NCBI RefSeq assembly: GCF_046119375.1 | Contig: NW_027362762.1 | Coordinates: 750,076,001 to 750,140,000, forward strand | Direction: 5' to 3' | Length of the DNA: 64,000 bases | DNA from: Phyllobates terribilis | Taxonomy: Eukaryota | Made by a program: the position numbers and the translations under genes | Notes under the pieces: model-generated | Seen by the model: the letters and a program-made list of their open reading frames with translations, nothing else | Told to the model about the DNA's origin: nothing | The model's database searches: none | Part shown: positions 40,103 to 53,189 of the stretch, one piece after another | How positions within the stretch are numbered: position 1 is the stretch's first letter | How the letters are laid out: each line of letters starts with the position of its first letter

Positions 40103-41013
40103 GGGGTCTTTCACATGACCGGAAACCAGTACCGGAGATGTCTGTGTGTATGATACATGTGGCAGCCATGTGCTGCATTAGTATCGCATGCACCGGTGCC
40201 TGGGATACAGCGGTATAATACGCGCTGTTCCCAAGCGCTGGGTGCTGAACGCTGCCCTCATCATTGTCGCCTGCCGACGCTGCGATCAGCGCCAGCAAGG
40301 GACACTGTTGAGAGTAGTATTCTGCTCACACTGTGTTCAAAACCTGTAAAAATAAGAATAATATTAAAAATCCTTATACTCACCTGCCCTAAGTGTCCCA
40401 CGCTGTAATCCATCTAACTGCACACGCCGAGGAATGACTCGTTGCAGCGAACGGGCCCCTGCTCTGTGCTGAGCTCAGTCACTCAGTGAGCTCTCCACAG
40501 AGCTGGGGCCTGCTCGCTGCAGCGAGTCATTCTCCTCTGCTCCTTGGTGTGAGCAGTCAGATGGATTACAGCGTGGGACACTTAGGACAGGCGAGTATAA
40601 GGCATTTTTTATTTTATTCTTATTTTTACAGGTTTATTACACAGCGGGAGCAGAATACCACTCTCAACATTGTCCCCTGCTGGCGTTGACCGCAGTGCCG
40701 GCAGGGGACAGTGATGAGGGCAGCGTTGCATACCCGGCGTATGGGAATAGCGCTAACTGTACCGCTGATTCCCAGGCGTCAGTACGTGTCACACGGATGT
40801 CATCCTTGTGTACGCGTGCGGGACATTTTGCGGCCTGTGCTGCGGGTAAAAGACGGACATTTCAGCGTGTTTTGCATATGTTCACACTATTTGTGAAAAC
40901 ACACTGACTTGTACAGACCCATTCATTTGAATGGGTCTACATATGTCAATGTCTCCAGTACGTGTGGAAACGGACACCATGCGAATTGTAAACACTGACA
41001 TGTGAAAGACTCC
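40103..41013. mobile_element. PIF/Harbinger-like non-autonomous element
   Basis: taa|GGGGTCTTTCACATG ... CATGTGAAAGACTCC|taa (TWA target duplication). Confidence 0.75.
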
Positions 41014-41200
41014 TAAGAGCGTGTCGAAACTAGTAGTCCTGTTAACAGTATTTTATACTACCTCATCTACCTCTTTTGTAACTACTGTCATATACTTTTA
41101 AAGACAGAATAAAAGTTATATTTTATCCCTATGAGAAATTTTCTGGTTCCTCGGATTTCCTTGGATTCTTGAAGTATTTTATACTACGTTTCCAGTATAA

Positions 41201-42026
41201 GGCTGAGTTCACACGATGCGTTTTTCATGGGTTTCCGCGGCGTTTTTGCAGTTGCGGAAACGCATGAAAAACGCATGGTAGAAGGGCAGCAATGTTCCCC
41301 AATGGAAATCCGCATGTGCTGTGCCCATGATGCGGATTTTTCCGCAGCGTAAACGCTGCGGTCAAAAATCCACAGCATGCCAATTTTGCGGAAACGCTGC
41401 TCTTTTGCCGCCATTGACTTGCATTAGACCGCATGGAATCCGCATCACTGTATATGTTGATGCGCTTTTCATGCGGTCTAATGTGCGGATGGTACCCGGG
41501 TGTGGAGGAGAGGACTCTCATCCAGACCCAGGTACCATTAAAAAAAAAAGAATAAAATAAAAAATATATATATTCTCACCTTCTGACGGCCCGCGCTGCG
41601 TCCTGCCGGCTTCCCGCGCACTTCGCGGTTGAATGAAGGACCTTCGCTGACGTCAGAGTCATGTGACGGGTCACGTGACGCTGACGTCGGAAGGTCCTAC
41701 AGTCTTCACTGCCGGCAGCCGGGACCGATGAAGCAGGACACCGGGGGCCATCAGATGGTAACGTATAGATTTATTTTTTATTTTTTGACATCACACACTA
41801 TATAAATCCATGCCGTTTGCATGGATTTATATAGTGTGAAGTTGACAAGCACTTTCCAAGTGATGCTAAAATCGCTTGGGAAGCGCTTGTCAACCCGCAT
41901 GCGGAAATGAAAGTGAAGACCGCTTCATTACCGCATGTACAATCCACATGCGTTTTTTCCTGCCAGAGAGATGCAGAAACGCTCAGGAAAAAATCCTGAG
42001 CATTTCTGCATCGTGTGCACATACCC
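41201..42026. mobile_element. PIF/Harbinger-like non-autonomous element (same family as 48292-49122)
   Basis: taa|GGCTGAGTTCACACGATGC ... GCATCGTGTGCACATACCC|taa. Confidence 0.75.
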
Positions 42027-42380
42027 TAACTGGAGTTTTTATACTTGAATAAATATTACGTTTTATTTTTAACAGAAAGCCTCTATTTCCACTGGATCAT
42101 TTCTCCCTTCAATGTTATCCTTTAGACCCCTGTCAGTGGCCTCACACTCAGTCAAACCAGTTATTATTATTCTCTGCCCTGAGGAGGGGTAAATATCCCA
42201 AAACATGTTCTGAAAATGGAGTTTCTTGTTTGACTTCCTATCATGCTATGTGTCAAGGCCTTTTAAAGGGTTAATATTGACATCTAGGATTTCTACCTCC
42301 AATATCTGTCACTAGAGTTCCTTAACTTTTCTTCCGAAGAGGCGATTTAATTTCCCAGAGGAGCATTGTATGGCCTATAA

Positions 42381-42574
42381 GGCCACGTGCACACGTTGAT
42401 TATTTGGTGAATTTTTTTATTGCACTATTTGTAAGCCAAGACCAGGAGTGGAACAGTTAGAGGACAGGTATAATAGAAACACGTCACCACTTCTGCATTT
42501 TTACCCACTCCTGGTTTTGGCTTACACATGCTGATATAAGAAACTCACCAAATACTCAATGTGTGCATGTGGCC
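42381..42574. mobile_element. Harbinger-like MITE (family also at 46493-46656, ~50790-50900, 63146-63305)
   Basis: taa|GGCCACGTGCACAC ... GTGTGCATGTGGCC|taa. Confidence 0.75.
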
Positions 42575-43558
42575 TAAATCTTCAAGTTAAGGGAGAACTA
42601 CTCCTTAAACCCTGTAAACATATCCCCATGCTTCTGAACCTTGTTTTTTTGTGACACACTGTACTTTTAGTGGGAAATGTAAGTTAATATAATTTGCATT
42701 TATTAATGAAAATATCTGAAATTTGACAAATATTGAAAAATTCACAATTTTTGAACTTTTACATTTTTGTGATTTTATACGTTCACACTGGCGTAGATTC
42801 TCATATGCGAGATACGGGCCGATTATGCTAATGACACTCAGCACAAACTCAGTTTGATCCAAGTGTCATCTGAGTCTGATCAGATTCTCTCGCATGAGTG
42901 AATTGCAGCACAGGTGCGGAGGAGATGAAGAACTTAATTTCTCCATCTTCTCCATTGACTCTGTGTGAGTACATCGGACTGCACTCGGATGGCAAACTCA
43001 GTCATACTAACCAGCAGGCACCCACCTGGATCCAGTGGTCTGGCTTTATGGTCTGCGCAGAGACTGGAAGCGGTAATGTCACCATTCCACCAGCTGTCGG
43101 ACTGCTGCAGCCGGTGATTGACTATAGCAGTCAGGTGAAGTTGATGATCCGATGAAGTGCTACTAATAGAATGGTGATGTCTGCTCTTCCTGTGGAGCCT
43201 GGACAACCTTTTAAATAAGTGTGATACCATATGTCTACTTACGTCGGCATCTTGTTTTTGTTATTTTTTTCAGTTGGGATGTTAGAGGGGTAAAAAGTAG
43301 TGGGAATTTTTTTTTCGATGAAATTTACAAACCCTGTTGTTTTTTTTGTTTGTTTTTTTGGATCCACTTCACTTTTGAAGTGATTATGTGACTTGAAAAA
43401 GTATTCATGCCCCGTAATCTTTTTCACCTTTTTTCCATGTTACACCCACAAACTTAAATGTTTTTTATTGGGATTTTGTGTGATGATACTTTCTACATTG
43501 TGTTGGTATATATTTGTGAAGTGTATGGTAAATTATATATGGTTTTCTAAATATTTAA

Positions 43559-44555
43559 CCCCTTTACCACCTTGGGTTTTTCCCTTTTTTGTTTTTTTTC
43601 TTCCCAGAGCCATAACTTTTTTATTTTTCTGTCAATATGGCCATGCGAGGGTTTGTTTTTTTTGCAGGACGAGTTGTTGATTTTACTATGTAGTGTACTG
43701 GAAAACAGGAAAAAAAATTCCAAGTGTGGTGAAATTGCAAAAAAAGTGCAATTCCACAAATGTGATTTTTTAAACATTCACTAAATGTTAAAAGTGACCA
43801 TCCATTATGATTCTCCAGCTCATTATGAGTTCACAGATACCAAACATGTATAGCTTCTTTTTTATCTAAGTGGTGAAAAAAAAATTCCAAAGTTTGTAAA
43901 AAGAAAAAATGGCACTATTTTCAGAGACTTCATTTTTTGTGATCTGGGGCTGGTTGAGGGGTTATTCTTTGCTCGCTGAGCGGACGTTTTTATTGATACC
44001 ATTTTTATGTAGATACGGTGTTTGGAGCGCCCATTATTGCAACCTAAAAAAACTAATTCTGGCGTTTTGAATTTTTTCTCATTTTGCCATTTACAGTTTT
44101 TTTTTTAATATTGATCAGGCGATTCTGAATGCGGCGATACCAAACGTGTATTTTTGATTTGTTTTTTAAATTGTTTTATTTTTAATGGGGTAAAAGGTGG
44201 GCGATTTGAGCTTTCATATTTTTTAATTTTTAAAAATTAAAAAGCCCTGCTAGGTGTAACAAAAATGCTCATCTGCTATGAGCGGTGCTCATAACAGTTC
44301 GGCAGTGACAACCACAGGGGTCTCCTACAGACTCCAGGTTGTCCTGCCAACTCATGGGCGGAGATGGTGACACGTTTCCGACGTGGCCATGTTAAATGCT
44401 GCTGTCGGAGCAGCATTTAACATGTTAACAAGCACGAGTGGATCGCAATTCCACCCACTGCTGTTAGGGGCACATGACATCTGATCAGATCAGCTGTCAT
44501 GTGCCAGAAAAGATGCCAGCTCAGTACTGGAATCTGCATCAAACGGGTAAAGGAG
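43559..44555. mobile_element. ~1-kb piggyBac-like MITE inserted in the Tc1 element
   Basis: ttaa|CCCCTTTA ... TAAAGGAG|ttaa; internal similarity to 11400-12700. Confidence 0.7.
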
Positions 44556-44939
44556 TTAAAAAATATAAATCTGAAAATTGTGATGTGCATTTGAATTCAG
44601 CCCCCGAGTCCATACCTTGTAGGACCACGTTTCGCTGCAATTACTGCTTCCAAGTTTTTTTCGTGTATCTCTTTACCAGTTTTTCACAGCTAGAGGTTTA
44701 CATTTTTGCCCATTCTTCTCTGAAAACAAGCTCTAGCTCCGTGAGATTGGATGGTGAGCATCTGTGAACAGCAATTCTGAAGTCTGCCACAAACGCTCAA
44801 TGGGCTTTAGGTCTGGACTTTGATTGGGCCATTCAAACACATGATTAGGCTTTGATCTAACACTTTCCCTTGTAGCTCTGCCAGTATTTTTAGGGTTCTT
44901 TTTCTGCTGGAAGGGGAACCTATGCTCTAGTCTCAAGTA

Positions 44940-46111
44940 CAGGGTGCGCCATTTATATGGATACACCTAAATTAAATGGGAATGGTTGGTGATATCAACT
45001 TCCTGTTTGCGGCACATTAGTATATGGGAGGGGGAAAACTTTTCCAGATGGGTGGTGACCATGGTGGCCATTTTGGATCCAACTTTATTTTTTTCAATGG
45101 GAAAAGGGTCATGTGACACATCAAACTTATTGAGAATTTTATAAGAAAAACAATGGTGTGCTTGGTTTTAACGTAACTTTATTCTTTTGTGAGTTTTTTA
45201 CAAGTTCATGACCACTTATAAAATGTGTTCAAAGTGCTGCCCATTGTGTTGTATTGTCAATGCAACCCTCTTTTCCACTCTTGACACACTAATAGCAACA
45301 CCGCAGAAGAAATGCTAGCACAAGCTTCCAGTAGCCGTTGTTTCAGATGCTGCACATCTCGTATCTTCATGGTATGGTGTGGTATATGGGGTACAAAGAT
45401 AGTGGGGCCAGTCTTCATCAATGAAAACCTCAATGCCACTGGATATCTGAAATTGCCACATGATGATGTGTTGCCCTCTTTATGCACTGAAGATGGCATG
45501 TTCCCTGAGTTTTTCCTACAAGATGGTGCACCACCACACCACATTATGGGTGGCAGGTCCGAGCATTCCTACATGAACAGTTTCCTGGAAAGTGGATTGG
45601 TTGTCGTGGGCCAGTTGAATGGCCACCATTGATGAAGACTGGCCCCACTATCTTTGTACCCCATATACCACACCATACCATCAAGATACGAGATGGGCAG
45701 CATCTGAAACAACGGATACTGGAAGCCTGTGCTAGCATTTCTTCTGCGGTGTTGCTATCAGTGTGTCAAGAGTGGGTGAAGAGGGTTGCATTGACAATCC
45801 AACACAATGGGCAGCACTTTGAACACATTTTATAAGTGGTCATAAACTTGTAAAAAACTCATGAAAGAATAAAGTTACGTTAAAACCAAGCACACCATTG
45901 TTTTTCTTATGAAATTCTCAATACATTTGATGTGTCACATGACCCTCTTCCCATTGAAAAAAATAAAGTTGTATTCAAAATGACCGCCATGGTCCCCACC
46001 CATCTGGAAAAGTTTTCCCCTTCCCATCTACTAATGTGCCACAAACAGGAAGTTGACATCACCAACCATTCCCATTTAATTTAGGTGTATCCATATAAAT
46101 GGCCCACCTTG
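44940..46111. mobile_element. Fold-back (palindromic) Tc1/mariner derivative
   Basis: ta|CAGGGTGCGCCATTTATATGGATACACC ... GGTGTATCCATATAAATGGCCCACCTTG|ta; ~484-bp inverted arms; transposase remnants WCGIWG, QDGAPPH, GPVEWPP, NGQHFEHIL*. Confidence 0.85.
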
Positions 46112-47582
46112 TATTTTGCAGCCTCAAGCAGGTTTTCCTCCAGGATTGCTCTGTATTTAGCTTCATCCATCTTTCCATCAATTCTGACCAGCTTCCTTGT
46201 TACTGCTGAAGAAAAGCATCCACACAGCATGATGCTGCCACCACCATGTTTGACGGTGGGAATGGTGTTTTCAGGGTGACGTGCAGTGTTAGTATTCCGC
46301 CACATGTAGCGTTTTGCATTGAGCCCAAATGTTCTACTTTCTGTATCATCTGACCAATGCACCTTCTTCCACATGCTAACTGTGCCCCCTAAATGGCTTT
46401 CTGCAAGCGTGTCTTCTTAAGGCTTGCTTTCAAAAATTGCATTCCTCTTGGCACAATTCCATAAAGGCCGGATTTGTGGAGTATACGACTAAGGCTACGT
46501 TCACATGTTCAGTATTTTACCTCAGTATTTGTAAGCCAAAACCATGAGTGGATGAAAAATGCAGAAGTGGTGACATGTTTCTATTATACTTTTTCTATGA
46601 TTGTTCCACTCCTGATTTTGGCTTACAAATACTGAGGTAAAATACTGAATGTGGCCCAATAGTTGTCCTCTGGCCAGACTTTCCTACCTGAGCTGTGGAT
46701 CTCTGCAGCTTCTCGAGAATGACCATGGCCTCTTGGCAGCTTCTCTAATTAGTGCTCTCCTTGCTTGGGATGTCCGTTTAGGTGGATGGCCATGTCTTGG
46801 TAGGTTTGCAATTGTGCCATGCTCTTTCCATTTTTGTATGATGAATTGAACAGTGCTACTTGAGATGGTCAGAGCTTGGGCTATTTTTTTTTTTTTTTTT
46901 ATAACCTAATCCTGCTTTACTCTTCTCCACTTCTCCACAATGGTATCCTGGACCTGTCTGGTGTGCTCTTTGGTTTCCATGATGCTGTTTGAGCTCTAAT
47001 GTCCTCAAGCAAACCTTTTGGGGCCTTCACAGAACAGCAGTAGTTATACTGAAAATAAATCATACACAGGTGGACTGAATTTACTAATGATGTAACTTTT
47101 GGAGACAATTGGTCACTCAGGATTTTACTTAGGGTTATCAGTAGTGTTGAGCGAACGTGCTCGGATAACTTGTTATCTGAGTATCTTGGGCGTGCTCTGA
47201 TAATATGTTCGAGTCCCTGCGGCGGCATGTTTTGCGGCGATAGACAGCTGCGCAACACATGCAGGGATTGCCTGTTTCTTAGGGACTCAAACATATGTAA
47301 TGTATATGTAATACTTGTATACTTTGTATATCACATAAAATCCCAATACATTTAAGTTTGTAGGTGTAACTTGGAAAAAAAATGGGTAAAAGTTCATGGG
47401 ATATGAATACTTTTTCAAGGCTCTGTGTATGTCAGAAAACCCCCAAAAAAAGACATCATAAAATGTGCACCCTTAAAGGTTTTCAAAATCACATTCATGA
47501 ATTTTTTTTCACTCTTCAGGTGCTGCACAGGAATTAATGCAGTGTAAGTAAAAAATGAAAGGAAAAACAACATTTTTGTTAA

Positions 47583-48276
47583 AGGGAACTTGTCACCATT
47601 TTTTTCCAATATAACTTACAGCCACCACCTTTCAGCTCCATGTGGCAGCATTATAGTGCTGCAAATATAACTCAAATTCGCCCTGCAAGACAAGAAAAAG
47701 ACTTTTTATTATACTCACCCACGGGGTGGTCCGGTCTGGTCTTATGGGTGTTGCTGGTCTTGGTCCAGTACCCTCTCTCATCTTACAATGTCTTTCTCCT
47801 GTGCTTCGTGTGGATGACCCGTCCTACTTCGTCCACACAGTGTCTCCCTCCACGCTTTTGTGCAAGCTCACTTTTCTCTGTCCTGCTGTGGGCAGCGCAA
47901 AGTACCGTCCTGCGCATGCATTAGGAAAGGTCAAAAGAGCGCCGGCGCATGTGCATTACAATACTACTCTGCCTGTGGCAGGGCAGGAAGAAGTGCACCT
48001 GCGCAGAAGCGAAAATGGGGACACTGTGAATGACTTAAGACGCATCAGCCACACGAACCGGAGAAGGAGGACGGCAATCGCAAGAAGAGAGGAGGCGCTG
48101 GACCAAGACCAGCGATGCCAAGCAGACCGGACCTCCCATAGGTGAGTATAATAAAAGGTCTTTTTCTTGTTTTGCAGGGAGAATTGGAGTCATGTGCCGC
48201 ATTATAGAATGTTGTAACAAAGGGCTGAAAGGTGGTCGCCGTAGGTCATATCGGAAAAACTGGTGACCAGTTCCCT
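47583..48276. mobile_element. Kolobok/T2-like MITE
   Basis: ttaa|AGGGAACTTGTCACCA ... TGGTGACCAGTTCCCT|ttga. Confidence 0.7.
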
Positions 48277-48291
48277 TTGAGTAAAGTGTTA

Positions 48292-49122
48292 GGCTGTGTG
48301 CCCACGATGCGTTTTTAATGCGTTTTTGCAGCTGCGGAAACGCATTAAAAACGCATGGTAGAAGGGCAGCCATGTTCGCCAATGATAAGCCGTATGTGCT
48401 GTGCACATGCTGCAGAAATTTCCGCTGCGGATTATCATTGCGGAAAAAAACGCAGCACTACCAATTATTTTGCGGAAGTGCTGCGTTTTCGCCGCCATTG
48501 ACTTGCATTAGAACGCGCCAATTCCGCAAGACTGCATCTGTACTTGCGTAATTGGCGCGTTCTAATGTGCGGATGGTACCAGGGTGTAGAGGAGAGGAGA
48601 GTCTCCTCCACACCCAGGTACCATAAAAAAAAGAATAAAATAAAGATTATATTCACCTTCCGACGGCCCCCGGACTCCTCCTCTTCGCTTACTGACAGAT
48701 CACGCAGGACTGAAGGACCTGCGCTGACGTCACAGTCAAGTGACGGCAGGTCTTTTCAGTACCACGATCTGACGGCAGCCAGCACAGGAGCACTGCAAGT
48801 CTCGGGGGCCATCGGAAGGTAAGTATTAGTTTATTTTTTTTATTTTTAACCACTCTCTCGGGTCACACTTTATAAATCCATGCCGTTTGCATGGATTTAT
48901 ATAGTGTGACCTAGTTGTCGCAAGCACTTTCCAAGTGAAGCTAAAATCGCTTGGAAAGCGCTTGTCAATCCGCATGCGGAAATGTCAGTGAATAAATCTT
49001 TATTTCCGCATGTCCCTGGCAGGAAAACGCATGTACAATCCACATGTGTTTTTTTCTGCCAGGGAGATGCAGAAACGTTCAGGAAAAAATCCTGAGCATT
49101 TCTGCATCGTGGGCACATAGCC
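48292..49122. mobile_element. PIF/Harbinger-like non-autonomous element
   Basis: tta|GGCTGTGTGCCCACGATGC ... GCATCGTGGGCACATAGCC|tta; perfect 19-bp TIR; similar to 41201-42026. Confidence 0.8.
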
Positions 49123-52100
49123 TTACTTTATCCCCACATTTTTCACTTTCCCAAGGATAACTGGAGAAATTATTGTGGGATCCATTTTCTCCTGGGTACA
49201 TCGAAATTCCATATATAGTCGGACCTACTGTTTTGGCATACAGCAGAACATGGAAGGGAAGGAGCGCTATTTGACTTCTGGAATGCAAATTTGCAGACTC
49301 CATTTCTCTTTAGCAGAGCCTCTGAGGTGGCAGAGCAGTAGGGGTATGTTGACCATTTTGAAACCACAGGTGCCTCGCTTCAGTGAATTTTATAACATTT
49401 CGAATGAAAATAAAAATTATGTTTTTACATTAAAATGATGTTTAGCCCCAAATTTTGTATTTAATAGGGGTGTAATAGAAGAAAATGGACCTCACAATTT
49501 GTAAGGCAATCTCTCCTGAGTATGCCAGTAGCCCATACTGTTCAGGCACACTACAAAGCTCAGAAGGGAAATATTGCCTTTTTGGAGTACAAATCTTGCT
49601 GGAAAGGTTTGCGAGTGCTATGTCCCATCACCAGAGTCCATGAGGTGCAAATTAGCAAAACCCCCCAAAAGTAACACCCTTTACAGTCTATACACCTCAG
49701 TAAATTAATTTAGAGATATAGTGAGCATGTTGGCACCCCTAGTGTTTCATGGAATTTTATACTATTACGCCATGAGCATAAGAAAATTACCACTGATAAT
49801 TTAAGATTTATGTTTTAACCACAAATTTTACTTTTTTACAATAGGTAACAGGTGACAATAGATGCACAATTGTTACACAATTTTTCCTGAATGCGTCGAT
49901 ACTCCACATATGGTCGTAAACTACTATTTGGTAACACGGCAAGGCTCGGAAGGAAGGATTTTGATTTTTGAAGCGCAGATTTTCCTGAACCAGTGTGTGG
50001 GTGTCATTTGCAGAGCCCCTAAAGAGGCAGAAACCGCATAGATTCCCCATCCACTTTCAACTGACCCCATTTTAGAAGTTACACCCATCTGGAACTTGCT
50101 CTATGAGTGTAGTGATTATTTTGACTCCACACTTGGTTTCCAGAAATAAGCACATCTTCGGTCGTGGAATAAAAATGATAAATATGCCAGTTTAGTGCCC
50201 GTACATTGTGCCCAGCTTGTGCTATTAGAGACATGCTTCCTGTAAATTAAGTGAGTTCCCCCCGCTACAGTAATGCCAAACATCTAGCCTCCAAGTGTGG
50301 TTTAGTCACAAAGTGTGGTTTAGGGCTCAGGTTCTCGGATTTCACAAGATTTTATTTTTGGGAAGAGGAGGTGGTGGTATAGCCATATGCCACTTTTTCA
50401 GAACCTTTGAGCTACCTGTGGCATGGTAATTTCATACACTTCCATTGAAAGATTCCCATTTGATTTTTTATTGCATTTTTACCCAACTTTTTGTTTGGCA
50501 ATATGATGAAAAAGCATAGTTTATTGCACATATTTTTATTTATTTTACGGTGTTCACTGAAGGGGATAACTAGTGGGACAGTTTTATAGTTCAGGTTTTT
50601 CCAGACGCAGTGATACCAAATATGTGTACTTTTTAATATATGTATTTATGGGTATAATGTTGTTTTAATTTTTTTTTATTTTGCAATTTTTTTTTTTTAA
50701 AATATTTTTGCAATTTTTTTTTTCTTTCTTTTTTTACTTAGTCCCTTCATAAGGTCACGGCCCCATTATCAGTATGTGGTCAGTATTTGTTTCTCACCTA
50801 GTTTTTGGCTCCCACTCTTGAGAAAACTCAGAGAGAAGGTATAATACAAACAAGGGCACCAATTCTGCATTTATTACCCACTCCTGGTTTTGGCTTTTAT
50901 ACATTATACCTGTCAGTGCTGTACTGACAGAAGACTCTTGGACCATGCCAGGAGCATGGTCTAACAGGCTTGCCGTAGCTGGCTGACCCGGAGGCAGTCA
51001 TGACTACCTCAGATTACTATGATTTTGATTGGACCCTCGCGATGATGTTGCGGTGGCGCCGATGGGACGAGAGAGGGAGCCCCCTCCCTCTCCTAGCCTT
51101 CCAACTGCTGCAATCGATATCGATTGTGGCACTTAGGGGGTTAACAGCCGGCGGCGGTGTGGGCACAGCTCTTGGCAGGGACAGCCGGGTCTCGGCTGCC
51201 ACGTAAGCTGTCCTCCCAGTAGCGATCGCGTGGGCACCGCTCCTGTGCCGCTCACGAGCACCAGGACGTACCCATACGTCAAAGGTTGGGAACCCCTATC
51301 CGACCATGACGAATGGGTACGTCAAAAATCGAGAAGGGGTTAAGCAAAAAAAATTTTTTTTTTTGCATCTCCACGTTCTGAGTGCTATACATTTTCTGCT
51401 GTCAGAGGTAAGTGAGAACTTGTTTTCTGCAAGATGAGTTTTTATTTTTATTCATACAATTTTTCTTTTTTGTTGCATTTTATTCCACTTTTTGTGTGGC
51501 CAAATGATAAAAAACAGCAATTTTACTGTATTCATTTTTTACGGTGTTTACTGTTGGGATTAAATAGTGTAAACGTTTTATAGATGCAACAATACCAACT
51601 GTTTACTTCTTTTTTTTTTTTTGCATGAAAAATAAATTTTTTATTGGGAAAACATTTTTCTGTATTTTTTTTTCTTTATTTTATGTTTTAACATATGCAC
51701 AATAAAAATAAAAACAATACATGCACACATTTAGGCTGGCTTCAGACAGCCGTAGTAAAACTCAGACGAGTCATTTCCGCAAATTGTGGATGTGACTAGC
51801 TCCATGTGCTCGTCACTATGTGGACAAGAGCAAGAGCTGCCTGCTATTTACATGCACTAGTCTGGTCTGTAAAAGTAGTGCATACTGCAATTTTTTTTTT
51901 CTTTTTATACATGTGTAAAATTGGTCATATGCACTGAGCACCTCACAAAAACAATCAGCTGTGATCCTCTGCTATAATGTCAGTATACTCTTTTGCTTCC
52001 CCCCCTGCCCAGTAGATGTGGTATGATCAGACCATGTTCCTGCACGGTCAGACACGGCCATTACACAGTACACAGCAGGGGCACATTTATAAGATTATCT

Positions 52101-53189
52101 CAGCACAGGAACATTTAAACACATCCAATTGTGGAAATTATTATTATTCCAAGATCTATTGATTAAAATGAACTTTTGTTCGTGGGAAAACCCCTTTAAA
52201 TGTTTGGCCAAGTCATGGTGCACCAAACACCTGTACCTGGTTTGAACAGTCATTCTGTACTGACAGACTCCTTTTAAATGTGAATGTCCAGTGTTGGGAA
52301 GGGGCTAAATTCTTATACCTCAATCAATTACTATTTTCACTCATTTTCATCCCCTATCTTCTTAGCTTTCCCTGCCTTCCCAACCCTACCATGGACACTA
52401 ATAAAAAAAAATTATCGGAAAGGGAAAGAACAAAAAGGATCGAGGTTGACTATTTTTCCTGGTAATTGTACACTTAATCTGAATTATCTCCAGAGTAATG
52501 GACAAAAAAACCTCTATCCATGTTTTCTACTCAATGATAGTAGGTTTGAATCTTAACATCCAAGGAAAAAATGTCCTGCTCAACGGAGATAATATCTTTA
52601 AAATGCATTAAAAACATATAGTGAGATATCAAATCCAAAGGATGTTTATGTAATCATCAGCCACAGAGAGTCTTTTTAACCACTAACGCATTTCTGGTGC
52701 ATCAACACCCTTAATCATGGTTTATTACAGTGAAATGGTTAGTGTGATTAAAGTACCTTTCAGTTCCAGTGCGCACGCTGAGAAAACAATTTGCATAATT
52801 AGCACGGTTAATCAAAATAGATGCAACATCTGACTTACTTCAGCAATCCCTGGATAGAATAAAATTTCATACCTGAAGTTTTCATTTCCTGGAGTCTGTA
52901 GGCAGCACAATTTATTATTATTTTATTTATTACAGTATGGGGTTAAGGTTACTTAAATGGTTACAACAGAAGAGACAATTAAATAGCAATAATTAGCAAT
53001 AATGATTAACATTACATAAGGCCACACAAATAAACCAGACTTAAGTTAGTATGCGGCAATACATTATTGTAGGGAAATCATGTGCTACTTACAAACTCCA
53101 GGAAATGAAAATTTCAGGTAACAAATGTTATTCTTTCCTGGACATTCTACAGCATAGTATTGGAATTAATAAGCAATAAAGAAAAAAGT

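Larger units (their letters stand above)
43387..47425 (-). mobile_element. Decayed Tc1-like (DD34E-spacing) transposon with four nested insertions
   Basis: TIRs CTTGAAAAAGTATTCAT / ATGAATACTTTTTCAAG; minus-strand MWKKVHWSDD, VKHGGGSIM, WPNQSPDLKPIE; second catalytic Asp mutated (QQKKNP). Confidence 0.85.
42600..51339. mobile_element. Diverged, heavily interrupted copy of the large piggyBac-like non-autonomous family
   Basis: Segments 42630-42790, 43240-43385, 47430-47580 and 49140-50100 are collinear with 8065-8850; right end GAAGGGG|TTAA at 51339; left end not resolved. Confidence 0.6.
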
